Shown in pieces: positions 45,288 to 56,216 of a DNA stretch of 64,000 nucleotides. The notes beneath the pieces were generated by a model. The model had not been told where the DNA came from, made no database searches, and saw nothing but the letters and a program-made list of their open reading frames with translations. Both the position numbers and the translations under genes were made by a program. This DNA comes from an uncultured Verrucomicrobia subdivision 3 bacterium (GTDB lineage Bacteria; Verrucomicrobiota; Verrucomicrobiia; Limisphaerales; UBA11358): the NCBI GenBank assembly GCA_903895255.1, contig CAITTG010000027.1, forward strand, positions 30,991-94,990, in the 5' to 3' direction. Numbering within the stretch: the stretch's first letter is position 1; each line of letters opens with the position of its first letter.

Positions 45288-47825
45288 TTATCCGCCCGCC
45301 CAAAATTCCCGCACGGAGTCCTGGAGCGTGGAGGCATGCCGGACGATGACTGGCCGCCAGGCGGCGGGAAACAAACGCCGGTAGCGGGACTCGCCGAAGC
45401 GGTGGTCGATCAGCAGCACCACACCACGATCGGTTTCGGAGCGAATCACGCGACCGACGGCCTGAAGGACGCGGTTCATGCCGGGAAAAGTATAGGCGTA
45501 GTCAAAGCCATTGACGTTACGGGCGGCGAAGTAATCCGCGATCAAATCGCGCTCCGCCTCGAGTTGCGGGAGGCCCACCCCCACCATGATGGCGCCGATG
45601 AGCCGCTCGCCCACGAGGTCGATACCCTCGCCAAAAATGCCGCCCATGACGGCGAACCCCACGCGGGAGCAGCCGGGCTCGACGGCGAACGCGGCGAGAA
45701 ATTGTTCGCGTTCGGATTCCGTCATGCCGGGTTGTTGCACCTGAACGGGAACCTCCGGGCAGGCGCGTTGAAATTCGGCCAGGACGCTGGCGAGGTATTG
45801 GTAGGCGGGGAAATACACCAGGTAGTTGCCCGGCCGGCCCGCGATCAGTTCGCGGATGGCGGAAACCACGCTGGTCAGCGATTCAGCCCGGTCCTTTAAT
45901 TGCGTGCGAATCCGGTCCTGCACCAGGACGAGGAGGTTTTCCGGGGCAAAGGGCGAGGGAAGCTGGAGGGCGCGGTCCCCGGCCCCGCCGCCGAGGAGGC
46001 GCTGGTAATAATCCAGCGGGGTGAGCGTGGCGGAGAAGCAGATGGCGGCCCGCCCGCGCGCCAGCGCCTGGCTCAGGAGATGCGAGGGATCCAGACAGAA
46101 GAGTTTGACGCGGGGGGATTGGCCCGGCTGACAGAGGGTGATGAAGTGGTCGTCGTACAGTTCGGCCGTGCGCGCGAAGGCGTTGAGCTGGAAATACAAT
46201 TGCAGCAACGGTTCGCGGAAATCGGCGGCCAGATTTTTGGCGAGCCAGTCGGCCGCCGGGCTGAGCGATTGCTCCAGCAACGGCAGCAACTCAGCAGGGA
46301 ATGGCTTAAAGGATAAGGAGTCATGACGATCCGACTTAAGCGGAGCGCCCGACGGGGGCGGGGGTGGCGGGACCGAGGCGAAGAGGTCACCTTCCTCCGT
46401 GGAAGGTAAATCTGCGGGTGCGCCTGGGGCGGCGGGGTCCGCATCGGCCAATCGTCCGAGGGCGGCGCTTAAACGTCCCAGAGCCCGGGCGCAACGGGGC
46501 ACGGATTTTTTAAGCAACTTCGCCATGGCGCGCAGCTCGCCGGCATCCAGTTCCGCGGAAAACATGGCGCGGGCGCGGTCAACCAAATTATGGGCTTCAT
46601 CCACCAGCAAGCCAAAGTCCCCGCCCTCCCCGGCAAAATGGCGGCGCAGGTACACGCGGGGATCAAAGACGTAATTGTAATCGCAGATGACGGTGTCCAC
46701 CCATTCGGAGAGGTCGAGGGAAAGCTCGAAGGGGCAGACCTGATGGGTCTGGCCAATGGCCTCCAGGACCTGGCGGGTGATTTCCTCGCCGGCGAGGGCG
46801 GCGCGCAGGGCGGCGTGGCGGCGGTCGTAGTAGCCGAGCGCCAGCGGACACGCGCGCACATCGCACGGCCGGCCATTTTGCAGGCAGAGTTTGCTTTTGG
46901 CGGTGAGGGTGAGGGTGCGCAGGCGGAGGCCGGCGCGACGCAAATCGGCGGCGGCTTTTTCCGCGACCACGCGGCCGGGCGTGGTGGCGGTGAGATAAAA
47001 GATTCGTTCGAGATGGCCTCCACCCAGCGCCTTCACGGCCGGGAAGAGCACGGAGATGGTTTTGCCAATGCCGGTGGGAGCTTCAATAAACAAACGCCCG
47101 CCGCGCGCGAGCGCCCGGTAGGCGGCCACGGCCATTTCCCGCTGGCCGGGACGGTATTGGGCGAAGGGAAAGGCGAGGGGACGGACGGAGGCGTCCCGCG
47201 TCTGCCGCCACTGGAATTGTTCCGTCATCCACTGCTGGTAAAAGGCCACGGTGGAGTCGAAAAAAACGGCAAGTTCGGCCAGGGTGTGAGGCGCGCAAAA
47301 CTCGGTGACTTTTTTGGTGTCCAAGTTGAGATAAGTCAGTTGGATGGTGAGCTGGTCCAGGCTCTGTTGGTGGGCATAGATATACGAATAACATTTAGCC
47401 TGCGCCCAATGGAGCGGATCGGGGATGCCGTCCCAACCCGGGCCCACGGTTTTGATTTCCTCGAGGCGGACGCCGGTGGATTCGGCGATGACGCCGTCCA
47501 GCCGGCCTTGCACGCGCAGAATAAAGTCCGGGCCTTCGACATCGCAGGAAAGACGGACTTCCTTTTGATATTCCGGCGGCCGCGAGCGTTGCAGCATTTG
47601 ATGACCGAGGGTGCCGGCCAGCGCGCGGTTGGGTCCGACAAAGAGGCTGTCGCCGCCCAAATCGCCGGTGCGATGCACGAACTCGACGAGTTCGCGCACC
47701 GGGACGGGGAAGATGGGTTTGGGAACCGATGACACGCCAACAGCTTCCGACCTGGTTAACCGGGGGGCAATTGAATTTTTCAAACCAAAATCCGGGCATG
47801 GCCGGCTTGCAGGGAAGCCAACCAT
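45288..47825 (-). CDS. Fusion of an N-terminal PD-(D/E)XK (Cas4/RecB-like) nuclease domain with an XPD/DinG-family Fe-S DEAH helicase
   Basis: Nuclease motifs GRLDG, LEEIKT (E-x-K), QAKCYSYIY. Helicase motif I EAPTGIGKT, four Cys (LCLQNGRPCDVRACP...QVCPFE), motif II VDEAHNL, C-terminal GIFGEGID...GR.IR.E.D.G. Confidence 0.8.
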   Translation of the reverse strand: MVGFPASRPCPDFGLKNSIAPRLTRSEAVGVSSVPKPIFPVPVRELVEFVHRTGDLGGDSLFVGPNRALAGTLGHQMLQRSRPPEYQKEVRLSCDVEGPDFILRVQGRLDGVIAESTGVRLEEIKTVGPGWDGIPDPLHWAQAKCYSYIYAHQQSLDQLTIQLTYLNLDTKKVTEFCAPHTLAELAVFFDSTVAFYQQWMTEQFQWRQTRDASVRPLAFPFAQYRPGQREMAVAAYRALARGGRLFIEAPTGIGKTISVLFPAVKALGGGHLERIFYLTATTPGRVVAEKAAADLRRAGLRLRTLTLTAKSKLCLQNGRPCDVRACPLALGYYDRRHAALRAALAGEEITRQVLEAIGQTHQVCPFELSLDLSEWVDTVICDYNYVFDPRVYLRRHFAGEGGDFGLLVDEAHNLVDRARAMFSAELDAGELRAMAKLLKKSVPRCARALGRLSAALGRLADADPAAPGAPADLPSTEEGDLFASVPPPPPPSGAPLKSDRHDSLSFKPFPAELLPLLEQSLSPAADWLAKNLAADFREPLLQLYFQLNAFARTAELYDDHFITLCQPGQSPRVKLFCLDPSHLLSQALARGRAAICFSATLTPLDYYQRLLGGGAGDRALQLPSPFAPENLLVLVQDRIRTQLKDRAESLTSVVSAIRELIAGRPGNYLVYFPAYQYLASVLAEFQRACPEVPVQVQQPGMTESEREQFLAAFAVEPGCSRVGFAVMGGIFGEGIDLVGERLIGAIMVGVGLPQLEAERDLIADYFAARNVNGFDYAYTFPGMNRVLQAVGRVIRSETDRGVVLLIDHRFGESRYRRLFPAAWRPVIVRHASTLQDSVREFWAGG

Positions 47826-47841
47826 GGGTTAGGTTTGCGCC

Positions 47842-48084
47842 ATGAGCAAGGCCGAAATCATTGCTGGACTGCCCAGTCTGAACCCGGAGGAGCGCCGGGA
47901 AGTGCTGGACAAACTCTGCCAGCTGGAACGGATCGCCGGGGATGAGTGGATTGACACCACCAACCTAACCGACACCGAAAAAGCGCTGCTGGAAACCCGG
48001 CTCGCCGCTTATCAGGAGGACCCCGAAGCGGGCAGTTCCTGGGAGGAAGTCGAAGACCGCCTCCGCTCCCGACTGGCCCCATGA
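47842..48084 (+). CDS. Addiction-module antitoxin (putative addiction module component family)
   Basis: 80 aa, LPSLNPEERREVLDKL N-terminal motif and acidic C-terminus. 4-nt overlap with the downstream toxin. Confidence 0.7.
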   Translation: MSKAEIIAGLPSLNPEERREVLDKLCQLERIAGDEWIDTTNLTDTEKALLETRLAAYQEDPEAGSSWEEVEDRLRSRLAP

Positions 48085-48383
48085 GTAGGCGGCTGATCGT
48101 TCGTTCGGAGGCGGAGGCGGACATAACCAAAGCCGCCCTATGGTATGACGAACGGGAAAGAGGACTCGGCTGGGATTTCACGATGGAGATCCGTTCGGCC
48201 ATTCAGCGGGCAAAGGAACTGCCGCGTTCCCAAGTTCGCTTGCGCATATTCCCAGAGGTACGGCGGATTCTAACCCGCCGTTTTCCGTATCGGATTTTTT
48301 ATATCGTGCGCCATGATGCAATTATAGTATTTGCCGTCCTCCACGGATCACGCAGAGACCGCAACTGGACCGAAAGGCTTTAA
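48081..48383 (+). CDS. ParE/RelE-family type II toxin
   Basis: 100 aa, SEAEADI..A..WY.......G..F, R....RFPYRIFY.V.....I.V.AV.HG.R pattern. Confidence 0.8.
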   Translation: MSRRLIVRSEAEADITKAALWYDERERGLGWDFTMEIRSAIQRAKELPRSQVRLRIFPEVRRILTRRFPYRIFYIVRHDAIIVFAVLHGSRRDRNWTERL

Positions 48384-48403
48384 ACCCGGCGCACGATATT
48401 CGA

Positions 48404-51400
48404 TTAAATCTTCTTCAATTGCTGTTCCAAACGTTGGGCAGAAACCGGGAAAGCGGTGCCCAGTTCCTGGGCGAAGAGGGAGACCTTGAATTCCTCCACC
48501 ATCCAGCGGTATTCGTCCAGACGCTGGCGGCCCTCGGGGGACGAGGGTGGCGCGGCGGTGTGCTTTTGCAAGGCCTCTAAAAAAGGCGCGAGCTGGCGGG
48601 CGCGTTCCTGGTCTTTCACCGGGTTGAGCGCGGCGCGTTCCATGCGCAGGAGCAGGGCTTTGAGGTAGCGCGGAAATTGGGGCAGTTGCGGGTAGGGAAC
48701 CGTGCTGAGAAAATTGGGCGGCAGAAGCTGCTGCAATTCGGGGGACTGGCGGTTCGCCGGGGCGGCCACGGGAACCGCGCCGAGCTGGCGCAAATCGGAG
48801 ATCACGCGGGGCTTGGCCACGGGCGCGGGCACGGCGGTTTTGGTGCGCAGCAAGATGTCCTGGCGTAATTTCAGGATGAGGGTCAGGCGGTCGGTCATTT
48901 GCGTGGCGAGGCCGGGCAGCAAGGCGCGCGCGGCATCGAGCGCCTGGACGAAGTGCGCCTTGGTCAGCCCGGGAAAGACTTCCGCCGGCAGCACATGGCG
49001 GCTGAGGTTTTCAAAGGCCCCATCGGTCAATTCCTCGGCGGTGAGGAAGCCGGCGGTGAGCGGGGCGAGACGGGAGAGCGCGCGCAAATCCTTGTGGAGC
49101 CAGGCGAGGTCCTTTTGCAGGGCCAGCGCGACCAGCCGCCGGCAACCACCCAGACTGGCAAGGCGGGCGGCGGCCTGGCTGCGGAAGAGGCGCAGGCTGA
49201 CGTGGTGCTCGTCCGCTTGGAGGCCCGGCCAGGCGTAGAGCGGCACGGTGCCGGTTTCGCTCACAGTGAGGCGCTCGGGCACATCGCCGAAGGTCCAGGC
49301 GGTGAGGCCGAACTGCTCAAATGCCAAGGCCGTGCGCGCCCAGGCGGGGTCATCGCCCTTGGGTTCGACCTTTGCTTTTTCCAGCCGCTGACGCAATTGC
49401 GCGAGGTCGCGGCTGGAGCCCATGGTTTTGAGGTCGTTATCCACCACCTCAATGCGCGGACGCAAGTGCGCGGGGATGGCATCAGCGGACCAGGCATCCG
49501 CGGGAATTTCCACACCGTAACGCTGGCGGATAAACCGGGCCAAATCCTGCTTCAAGGAATCGCCGGTGGGCGAGAGGCCGGCGACGATTTCGGCAACCTT
49601 GGGGGGAAAGGGCATCAGCTCGCGGCGGATGGATTTGGGCAGGGAGCGGAGGAGTTCGTTGACGAGTCCCTCGCGCAGGCCCGGCACGGACCATTCGACG
49701 CTGGCTTGCGAAATGGTTTGGGCGAGGCTGAAGCCGAGTTTTACAGTGACGCCGTCCGACTCCTCGCCCGGGGCGTAGGCATAGGAGAGGGCCACGGGCT
49801 GGCCGCCCAACGGGACAGCGTCGGGGAAGGCGGCGGAGTCGTAATTTAATGACTGCCCGCCGGTGAGGTCCGCTTCCTGGAGGCACAGCCGGGACCGGTT
49901 GGCATCCTCGCGCAACCAGCGGTTTAATTCTGGCACCGAGGAGACATTCTGCAAATGCTGGGAGTAGAATTTGAACAGCACGTCGTCGAGCCCCATGAGG
50001 TCGTGCCGGCGGACGCGGGTCTGCCAGGTTTCGATTTTGTGGCGGACCTGGCGGTTGTGCTCGATGAAGGCATACTGCGGCGGGAGGGATGGCCGCTGGG
50101 CCTCGGCGCGGACCAGCACGCGCACTTCGTCCTCACCATCGTCATCCTCCTCGCGGGCGCGGCGGGTGTTCGGGAGCAGGTCCTCTTCCACGAGGGCGGA
50201 GCGAATAAATATCTCCGTGGCGGCAGACGGGTCGATATTGCCAAAGGCCACTTTGCGCTGGCGCAGTTCCATGCCGTTGAAGGTGGTCTTTTCCTCCACC
50301 AACACATTGCCGGCCTTCACGTCCCAGCGGGGGTTTTGGTGGCTTACCTTGCAGAGGTGCGGAGCGAGTTCGATGATCCACAGAGGATCGATCCCAGCCA
50401 CGGTGCGGGCGAAGAGCTGCGAGGTCTCGACCATTTCGCCCGCCACGATCCACGGGGGTTGTTGCACTGATACTGGACGCCCGGTCACGGGGCCGGCCGG
50501 AGCGGCGGGCTTTTTGGGTTTCTCCTGCTTATCGTAGAGCGCCGAGCCGGGGAAGATGGTCACGGGGCGGTTGCCAGCGGTGTGGTAGGTGTTGCGTTCC
50601 TTGCGAATGGCGACGTGGCCGAGCAAACCGGCGAGGATGGAACGGTGGATGGCCGCGTAGGCGGCGTTGCTTTCGTTCAATTTCACCGAACGCAAATCCT
50701 CCAGCGCGCCGTGCAACTGAGCGTAGAGGTCCTGCCATTCTTTGAAGCGCAGATAGGACAGGAAGTTCGCTTTGCAGAATTTGCGGCGCTGGCCCTGGCT
50801 GCGGAGGGTTTCCCACTGGTCGTGCACGGCGTTCCAGATTTTCAGGAGGGTGAGAAAATCCGAGGAGGGATCGCTCCAGCGCTTGTGCGCGGCCTCGGCC
50901 GCGGCTTTTTGGTCGAGGGGCCGTTCGCGGGGGTCCTGGATGCTGAGGCCGGAGGCGATGATGAGCAGTTCGCGGGTGGCATGCTCCTGCTGTGACTGGA
51001 GTAACATGCGGCCAAGCGTGGGATCAATCGGCAGGCGCGCGAGGTCGCGCCCCATGGGGGTGAGCGCGCGGCGCTCGTCCAAAGCACCCAGTTCCTGCAA
51101 CAAAGCGTAGCCGGCGGAAATTGCCGCGGGCAGCGGGGGATTCACGAACGGAAACGTCTCGATTTCCCCCAGGCGAAAGGCCTTCATCCGCAGAATCACC
51201 TCGGCAAGGTTGGCCCGCTGGATTTCGGGCTGCGTGAAGGGCGGACGCTCGTGAAAATTCTCCTCGGCATACAGACGGATGCAGACGCCGTCCTGCACGC
51301 GGCCACTGCGGCCCTTGCGCTGGTTGGCGCTGCTCTGGGAAATCTCCTCGACCGGCAGGCGCTTGGTGCGGTTGCGAGGGTTGTAGCGGCTGATGCGCGC

Positions 51401-52504
51401 CAGCCCGGTGTCGATCACATAACGGATGCCCGGGAGGGTCAGGGAGGTTTCCGCGATGTTGGTGGCGACGATGAGTTTGCGCCGGCGGGAAGGCGAAAAC
51501 ACCCGCTGCTGATCGGCGGCGCTCAGACGGCCGAAGAGGGGAATGACCTCCGCGTCGTTGCGGAAACGGCCCTCCAGCAGGTCGCTGGTCTCGCGAATGT
51601 CCCTTTCGCCGGGCATAAAGATGAGCACATCGCCGTTGCCCGGCTCGCACAGGACCTGCTCGGCGGCGCGGACTGCGGCATCCACATACGTCATGTCGCC
51701 ACGCTCCTCGGAGTCCATGTCCAGCGGCGCATAGACCACAGCCACCGGAAAAATGCGTCCGGAGACTTCGATGATGGGCGCATCATTGAAGTGGGCGGAA
51801 AAGGCCTTGGTGTCAATCGTGGCCGAAGTGATGATGAGCTTGAGGTCGGGCCGTTTCGCGAGGAGTCCCTTCAGATAACCCAGGAGGAAATCGATGTTAA
51901 GGCTGCGCTCGTGCGCCTCGTCGATGATGATGGCATTGTATTCGGACAATAGCGGGTCGCCCTGGGTTTCGGCCAGCAGGATGCCGTCGGTCATCAGCTT
52001 GATGTAAGTGTGCTCGCTGGAATGGTCGTCGAACCGGATTTTGCAACCCACTTCACGCCCCCAGACCACGCCCAGTTCATCGGCAATGCGTTGCGAAATG
52101 GAAAGCGCCGCCACGCGCCGGGGTTGCGTGCAGCCGATTTTTGCTTCAATCCCCAGGCCGGCTTCAAGGCACATCTTGGGGATTTGGGTGGTCTTGCCGG
52201 AGCCAGTTTCCCCGGCAATCACCACCACCTGATGGGCGCGGATGGCGGCGATGATGTCATCCTTGCGGCTGGTGATGGGCAGCTCGGGCGGATGGGTGAT
52301 GCGCGGCAATTGCGCGAGGCGCTGCGCGCGTAATTCCACGGAAGCGCGAGCCTGAGCCAGTAACCGGTCCAAGAGGGCATCATGGGTGGCCTCATGACGC
52401 CGGTCACGCAGCAACCGGACCAGCCGCGAGCCCAGCCGCACCCAGTCGGGCAGCATTCCCTGGGGCAGCAAGGCTTTGATTTCCTGAATTCGCGCGTCGT
52501 GCAT
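48404..52504 (-). CDS. hrpA: ATP-dependent RNA helicase HrpA (DEAH-box)
   Basis: [41 protein letters not shown] motifs plus the long HrpA-type C-terminal extension. 1366 aa. Confidence 0.9.
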   Translation of the reverse strand: MHDARIQEIKALLPQGMLPDWVRLGSRLVRLLRDRRHEATHDALLDRLLAQARASVELRAQRLAQLPRITHPPELPITSRKDDIIAAIRAHQVVVIAGETGSGKTTQIPKMCLEAGLGIEAKIGCTQPRRVAALSISQRIADELGVVWGREVGCKIRFDDHSSEHTYIKLMTDGILLAETQGDPLLSEYNAIIIDEAHERSLNIDFLLGYLKGLLAKRPDLKLIITSATIDTKAFSAHFNDAPIIEVSGRIFPVAVVYAPLDMDSEERGDMTYVDAAVRAAEQVLCEPGNGDVLIFMPGERDIRETSDLLEGRFRNDAEVIPLFGRLSAADQQRVFSPSRRRKLIVATNIAETSLTLPGIRYVIDTGLARISRYNPRNRTKRLPVEEISQSSANQRKGRSGRVQDGVCIRLYAEENFHERPPFTQPEIQRANLAEVILRMKAFRLGEIETFPFVNPPLPAAISAGYALLQELGALDERRALTPMGRDLARLPIDPTLGRMLLQSQQEHATRELLIIASGLSIQDPRERPLDQKAAAEAAHKRWSDPSSDFLTLLKIWNAVHDQWETLRSQGQRRKFCKANFLSYLRFKEWQDLYAQLHGALEDLRSVKLNESNAAYAAIHRSILAGLLGHVAIRKERNTYHTAGNRPVTIFPGSALYDKQEKPKKPAAPAGPVTGRPVSVQQPPWIVAGEMVETSQLFARTVAGIDPLWIIELAPHLCKVSHQNPRWDVKAGNVLVEEKTTFNGMELRQRKVAFGNIDPSAATEIFIRSALVEEDLLPNTRRAREEDDDGEDEVRVLVRAEAQRPSLPPQYAFIEHNRQVRHKIETWQTRVRRHDLMGLDDVLFKFYSQHLQNVSSVPELNRWLREDANRSRLCLQEADLTGGQSLNYDSAAFPDAVPLGGQPVALSYAYAPGEESDGVTVKLGFSLAQTISQASVEWSVPGLREGLVNELLRSLPKSIRRELMPFPPKVAEIVAGLSPTGDSLKQDLARFIRQRYGVEIPADAWSADAIPAHLRPRIEVVDNDLKTMGSSRDLAQLRQRLEKAKVEPKGDDPAWARTALAFEQFGLTAWTFGDVPERLTVSETGTVPLYAWPGLQADEHHVSLRLFRSQAAARLASLGGCRRLVALALQKDLAWLHKDLRALSRLAPLTAGFLTAEELTDGAFENLSRHVLPAEVFPGLTKAHFVQALDAARALLPGLATQMTDRLTLILKLRQDILLRTKTAVPAPVAKPRVISDLRQLGAVPVAAPANRQSPELQQLLPPNFLSTVPYPQLPQFPRYLKALLLRMERAALNPVKDQERARQLAPFLEALQKHTAAPPSSPEGRQRLDEYRWMVEEFKVSLFAQELGTAFPVSAQRLEQQLKKI

Positions 52505-52657
52505 GCGTGAGTTGACAATTATAGCAAGTTAGGGAGCGCGGGGAAACCTGATAAACGCCCGCGCTTGCAATCAGCGGCCAATGCGATAGCTTGGGCCGCG
52601 AATTCAAACCCCTAGCGGCGGCGAGCGCCAGTGATCGCGGCCAAACTGATTGCCAAA

Positions 52658-53302
52658 ATGCTAAAGCCACCGATCTGTTTATGTGGACTGGCCGCAGCCA
52701 GCCTGCTGGTTTCCGCGCGCGCCCAAGTCGTGGCGTTTAATTCCTTTGGCGCGGGCAACAGCTACAGCCATGCCACGGTCTGGGCGGTAAGCGGGGCCTC
52801 CCTTGCGGGAGGCTACCGGGGACAGGCGGAATTTTTCACCCCCAGCGTCACGGGCTATCTCTCGAGTTTTGAGCTGGCCACGTACCGCGTGAGCGGCTCG
52901 GCGCTGTCGAACTTTTATATAGCCCAGGACAACGGCAGCGGGGTGCCGGGCACGAACATTGAATCGTTTATCAATGTGGCCAATATCACGGGGGTTTTGA
53001 CCATCAATTCCATCGTGAAGCCGTTGTTGCAAGCCGGCACCCAATACTGGCTCTGCGATGAACCCGCCACCAGCACTTCCTACAATGGCTGGTATTACAA
53101 CAATCAGGGCTACGATTATGGTTTTGCGTTCGAGCGTTCTGAATGGAGCTGGGCGGCCATTCCGGGCCCGACGGTCAGCAGCGGAGTGTTTGAAGTCCAA
53201 GTGACGCCAGTGCCCGAAGCCGGGGTGGTTAGTTTAAGCTTGCTAGGGTCGGTTTGCCTTTGGAAGTTCCGCGGCCGGTCACGAAACCGTCGCGCCGGAT
53301 AA
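52658..53302 (+). CDS. PEP-CTERM sorting-domain secreted protein
   Basis: Signal peptide MLKPPICLCGLAAASLLVSARAQ. C-terminal VTPVPEAG + TM helix + basic RGRSRNRR tail. An upstream GTG at 52631 is possible. Confidence 0.7.
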   Translation: MLKPPICLCGLAAASLLVSARAQVVAFNSFGAGNSYSHATVWAVSGASLAGGYRGQAEFFTPSVTGYLSSFELATYRVSGSALSNFYIAQDNGSGVPGTNIESFINVANITGVLTINSIVKPLLQAGTQYWLCDEPATSTSYNGWYYNNQGYDYGFAFERSEWSWAAIPGPTVSSGVFEVQVTPVPEAGVVSLSLLGSVCLWKFRGRSRNRRAG

Positions 53303-53335
53303 CGGAACGGCGGCAGCGCCGCGCCGTTGACGCCT

Positions 53336-53581
53336 TTAACCGTGCTTTTTCATCCAGGCGGCAATGGTGTCCACCGCGACCAGATACTCGTTAAAAATGG
53401 CTATCGACATGGACCGCTTGCCGTGCTCGTAATAAGAAATGGTGGACGGATCAAAGCGCATTTCCCGCGCGACGGCATTGCCGGGCACGCCAAGAGCAAG
53501 CCGATAGCGTTTGGCCGCCGCCCCGTTGGCAACCTTGTCCGGTTTGCCAATGCGAATGAATTTGAAATCGGGCTTTTTCAT
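53336..53581 (-). CDS. XRE-family helix-turn-helix transcriptional regulator
   Basis: 81 aa. GVPGNAVAREMRFDPSTISYYEHGKR matches the XRE HTH pattern. Confidence 0.7.
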   Translation of the reverse strand: MKKPDFKFIRIGKPDKVANGAAAKRYRLALGVPGNAVAREMRFDPSTISYYEHGKRSMSIAIFNEYLVAVDTIAAWMKKHG

Positions 53582-53780
53582 ATAACCATTTGAAGAGAAT
53601 GGTTTTGCGGTGACGAGTCAATCCTTTTTGCAATTCCGGCGGCGGACGGCGACCGAAGTTCATGGCTGCTTGCAGACGGCAGGCGGCAGGCGGTGCTGAA
53701 CGAGGAGAGAGTCGGCAGATTTTAAAAAACGAAGATTGCGCTGCCTGGCAAAATCCGGCACAACTTGCCGCCCATTTTAT

Positions 53781-54470
53781 ATGAGCCGGAAAACGACCCA
53801 AAAAGTTAATAACGAAATTCAACTATTGCAATTGCTGAAGCAGGTCCTGCCCAAGGCGACGCACGACCCGCAACTGGCTGGTAAAATTTATGAGGCGGTC
53901 GAAGCCGAACTCAAAACCAAGTCCCGCACCGTGGCCTTTGAGAAATTCTGCACGCAGGTGGAATTGCCAGATTTGGAGCCAAAAACCTTGAAGGATGTGA
54001 AGCTGCAGCTCGCCTCGGCGTTTGGCAGCAACGGCGACGTCACCATCAAACCGGACACCAAGGAAAACCGCCTGGCGGTGGAAATTCTGCTGCCGGATGG
54101 GACGCAGTTGCAGAGCGAAATTCCGGTGCGCACGGTGGCGCCGGAAGCCAGTGAGGAGCAGGAAATCGCGCTGAAGTTTGTCCCCTGCCCCGTGAGCCTG
54201 CCCGGCGATCCCGAACTGGTCTGGCTGCTGGCCAAGCGGGAAAACATGACCGCCGAGGAGGCGGGCATCGCGCTGGCCAAATTGGAGGATGATTTCTGGG
54301 CCTCGAAGACCGGCCAGAAACTTCTGCGTGACCGGGTGGAGCGGAGCTTTCCAGAATTTATCAATCGGGCGCCCGCAGGCATGCTGACCGAACTGGGTTT
54401 GAAGCGGCATTACAAAACACCCGAGGCGGTAAAAGTGCTGCGTCCGCTCACCCCGCAAAAGCGGTCCTAG
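53781..54470 (+). CDS. Hypothetical protein, divergent from the XRE gene
   Basis: 229-aa ORF from the ATG at 53781. Charged, helical-looking composition. No family recognised. Confidence 0.5.
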   Translation: MSRKTTQKVNNEIQLLQLLKQVLPKATHDPQLAGKIYEAVEAELKTKSRTVAFEKFCTQVELPDLEPKTLKDVKLQLASAFGSNGDVTIKPDTKENRLAVEILLPDGTQLQSEIPVRTVAPEASEEQEIALKFVPCPVSLPGDPELVWLLAKRENMTAEEAGIALAKLEDDFWASKTGQKLLRDRVERSFPEFINRAPAGMLTELGLKRHYKTPEAVKVLRPLTPQKRS

Positions 54471-54517
54471 GTGCGCGGAGGTTTGCCAAAAGCCCGGCGG
54501 CAGGTTTAACTAAGCCC

Positions 54518-55252
54518 GTGTTACTGGACCTGATATTTGGCCGCCGGCCGAATCAAGCGAACCCGTCCGCGCCGGAAACCATTTCCGTGAGCGGACGACC
54601 GGTGGCGCTCCAGTTCACGCGGCATCCGCGCGCGCGGCGGTATTTGCTCCGACTGCTGGCGGATGGCACGGCCCGAGTAACCATTCCCCGGGGCGGCTCG
54701 GTGCAGGAAGCCCGGCGGTTTGCCGAGCGCCAGACCGCCTGGCTGGAAACACAGTGGCAACGCCTCCAGAACCTTCCCCGGGTAAAAAGCGAGTGGGTGG
54801 CGGGCAGCCAGATACTGTTCCGGGGCGAGCGGTTTACTTTGGAATGCCCCGCACCGGGCATGATTCAATGGGGCTCGGAACTGGTTCGGATCAAGGAGGC
54901 AACTGATTTGCGCCCGGCGATTCAAAAACATCTCTGGCGCCTGGCCCAACGGGAACTGCCGCCACGGGTGCGGGAACTGGCCAAAGTCCATGAGGTGGAG
55001 GTAAACCGCATTTCCATCCGCAACCAGCGTTCCCGCTGGGGTTCCTGCTCCCGGCACGGAAACATCTCGCTGAATTGGCGCTTGATTCAATTGCCCGCGG
55101 AGGTGAGCGACTACATCATTCTCCACGAACTCATGCACCGGCGGCAGTTGAACCACTCAGCCCGGTTTTGGCAGGAAGTCGAAGCAGCATGCCCCGGATA
55201 CGAAGCTGCCGAACGGTGGTTGAAACAAAATGCGGGCTTGCTGGGGTCCTAG
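54518..55252 (+). CDS. YgjP-like (DUF45/M48-like) zinc metallopeptidase
   Basis: C-terminal YIILHELMHRRQLNHSARFW (HExxH...NHS..FW), the signature of this family. GTG start. Confidence 0.8.
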   Translation: MLLDLIFGRRPNQANPSAPETISVSGRPVALQFTRHPRARRYLLRLLADGTARVTIPRGGSVQEARRFAERQTAWLETQWQRLQNLPRVKSEWVAGSQILFRGERFTLECPAPGMIQWGSELVRIKEATDLRPAIQKHLWRLAQRELPPRVRELAKVHEVEVNRISIRNQRSRWGSCSRHGNISLNWRLIQLPAEVSDYIILHELMHRRQLNHSARFWQEVEAACPGYEAAERWLKQNAGLLGS

Positions 55253-55494
55253 GAACCAACGGATCCCGGCTGTTGCTTGTACTTGGCCCAACGAAGCTTT
55301 TGGGCGGCCTTGATGCGGGCGATGCCAGCCGCGCTGATTTTCTTTTTTTTCCTCAAGCCGGAAACCGGCTTCCCGTTTCCCCCGGGTGCCGCGCCGATCA
55401 AATCAACCAGGGATTTTTCCAATTTACTGATTTTTTCCTTGAGGACCGCCGCTTTTCTTAGTTGTTCACTAGTCAGATTAGAGAAAACGCTCAT
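55249..55494 (-). CDS. Small basic hypothetical protein
   Basis: The ATG at 55494 gives an 81-aa product with a coiled N-terminal part and a basic tail KKKKISAAGIARIKAAQKLRWAKYK. Convergent 4-nt overlap with the YgjP gene. Confidence 0.4.
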   Translation of the reverse strand: MSVFSNLTSEQLRKAAVLKEKISKLEKSLVDLIGAAPGGNGKPVSGLRKKKKISAAGIARIKAAQKLRWAKYKQQPGSVGS

Positions 55495-55833
55495 CAAAGG
55501 GGAAACTACCAAAAGTGCCAGTTGTGTCAAGTAAACTTATAGTTAAAACCGGGCAGGAATAACATCCACGTGGCAATGGCCGCAGCTTCCAGAAGTTAAA
55601 CACAATAATTGCAGGCGGATGGCGAGCCAATTGATTTCGTACGGTTTTAGATTACGCCAATTCCCAAATTGCCCCGCCCGGAAATTTTCGCATCAAGATT
55701 CGGCTTATTAATAGACGCGGCGTCCATTATCAATTAGATGGCATCGCCCCCGCCAACGGGGCACCAAGCAATGAACGTTCACCATGCCAAAAAGAGACTT
55801 GCACTCCGCCCGGCCGGCACCAAAGCTCTGGCC

Positions 55834-56199
55834 ATGCGCACCAACGTATTGGGCGGGGAATTGAAGAGTTGCTGTTACGAGCCGCTCACGGGTTTTTACC
55901 GAGACGGCTACTGCCGCACCGGGCCGGGCGATCATGGCCAGCACACAGTGTGTGTGCAGGTAACCGCCGAATTTCTGGCTTTTTCGCAAGCTCATGGCAA
56001 CGATCTCTCCACGCCGCGACCGGAATATCATTTTCCGGGGCTGCAGGACGGCGATCGCTGGTGCCTGTGCGTGGAACGCTGGGCCGAGGCATTCCGGGCG
56101 GGCTGCGCGCCGCAAGTTATTCTGGAATCCTGCCACATTGCGGCCTTGGAATTTGTAGACTTGGCCGACCTTAAATCGCTGGCGATCGACAAGGAATAA
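55834..56199 (+). CDS. DUF2237-family protein
   Basis: NVLGGELKSCCYEPLTGFYRDGYC.TGP.D.G.H.VC...T.EFL.FS...GNDL conserved pattern. The ATG at 55834 matches the family's length. Confidence 0.75.
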   Translation: MRTNVLGGELKSCCYEPLTGFYRDGYCRTGPGDHGQHTVCVQVTAEFLAFSQAHGNDLSTPRPEYHFPGLQDGDRWCLCVERWAEAFRAGCAPQVILESCHIAALEFVDLADLKSLAIDKE

Positions 56200-56216
56200 G
56201 GGCCGGCGGAAAGGGG

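Noticed and set aside
53303-53335. GC hairpin (CGGCG-gcag-CGCCG within AACGG...CCGTT) between the convergent PEP-CTERM and XRE genes, considered as a bidirectional terminator
   Set aside because: There is no U-tract on either side and the stem is short. Support is not strong enough to list as a feature.
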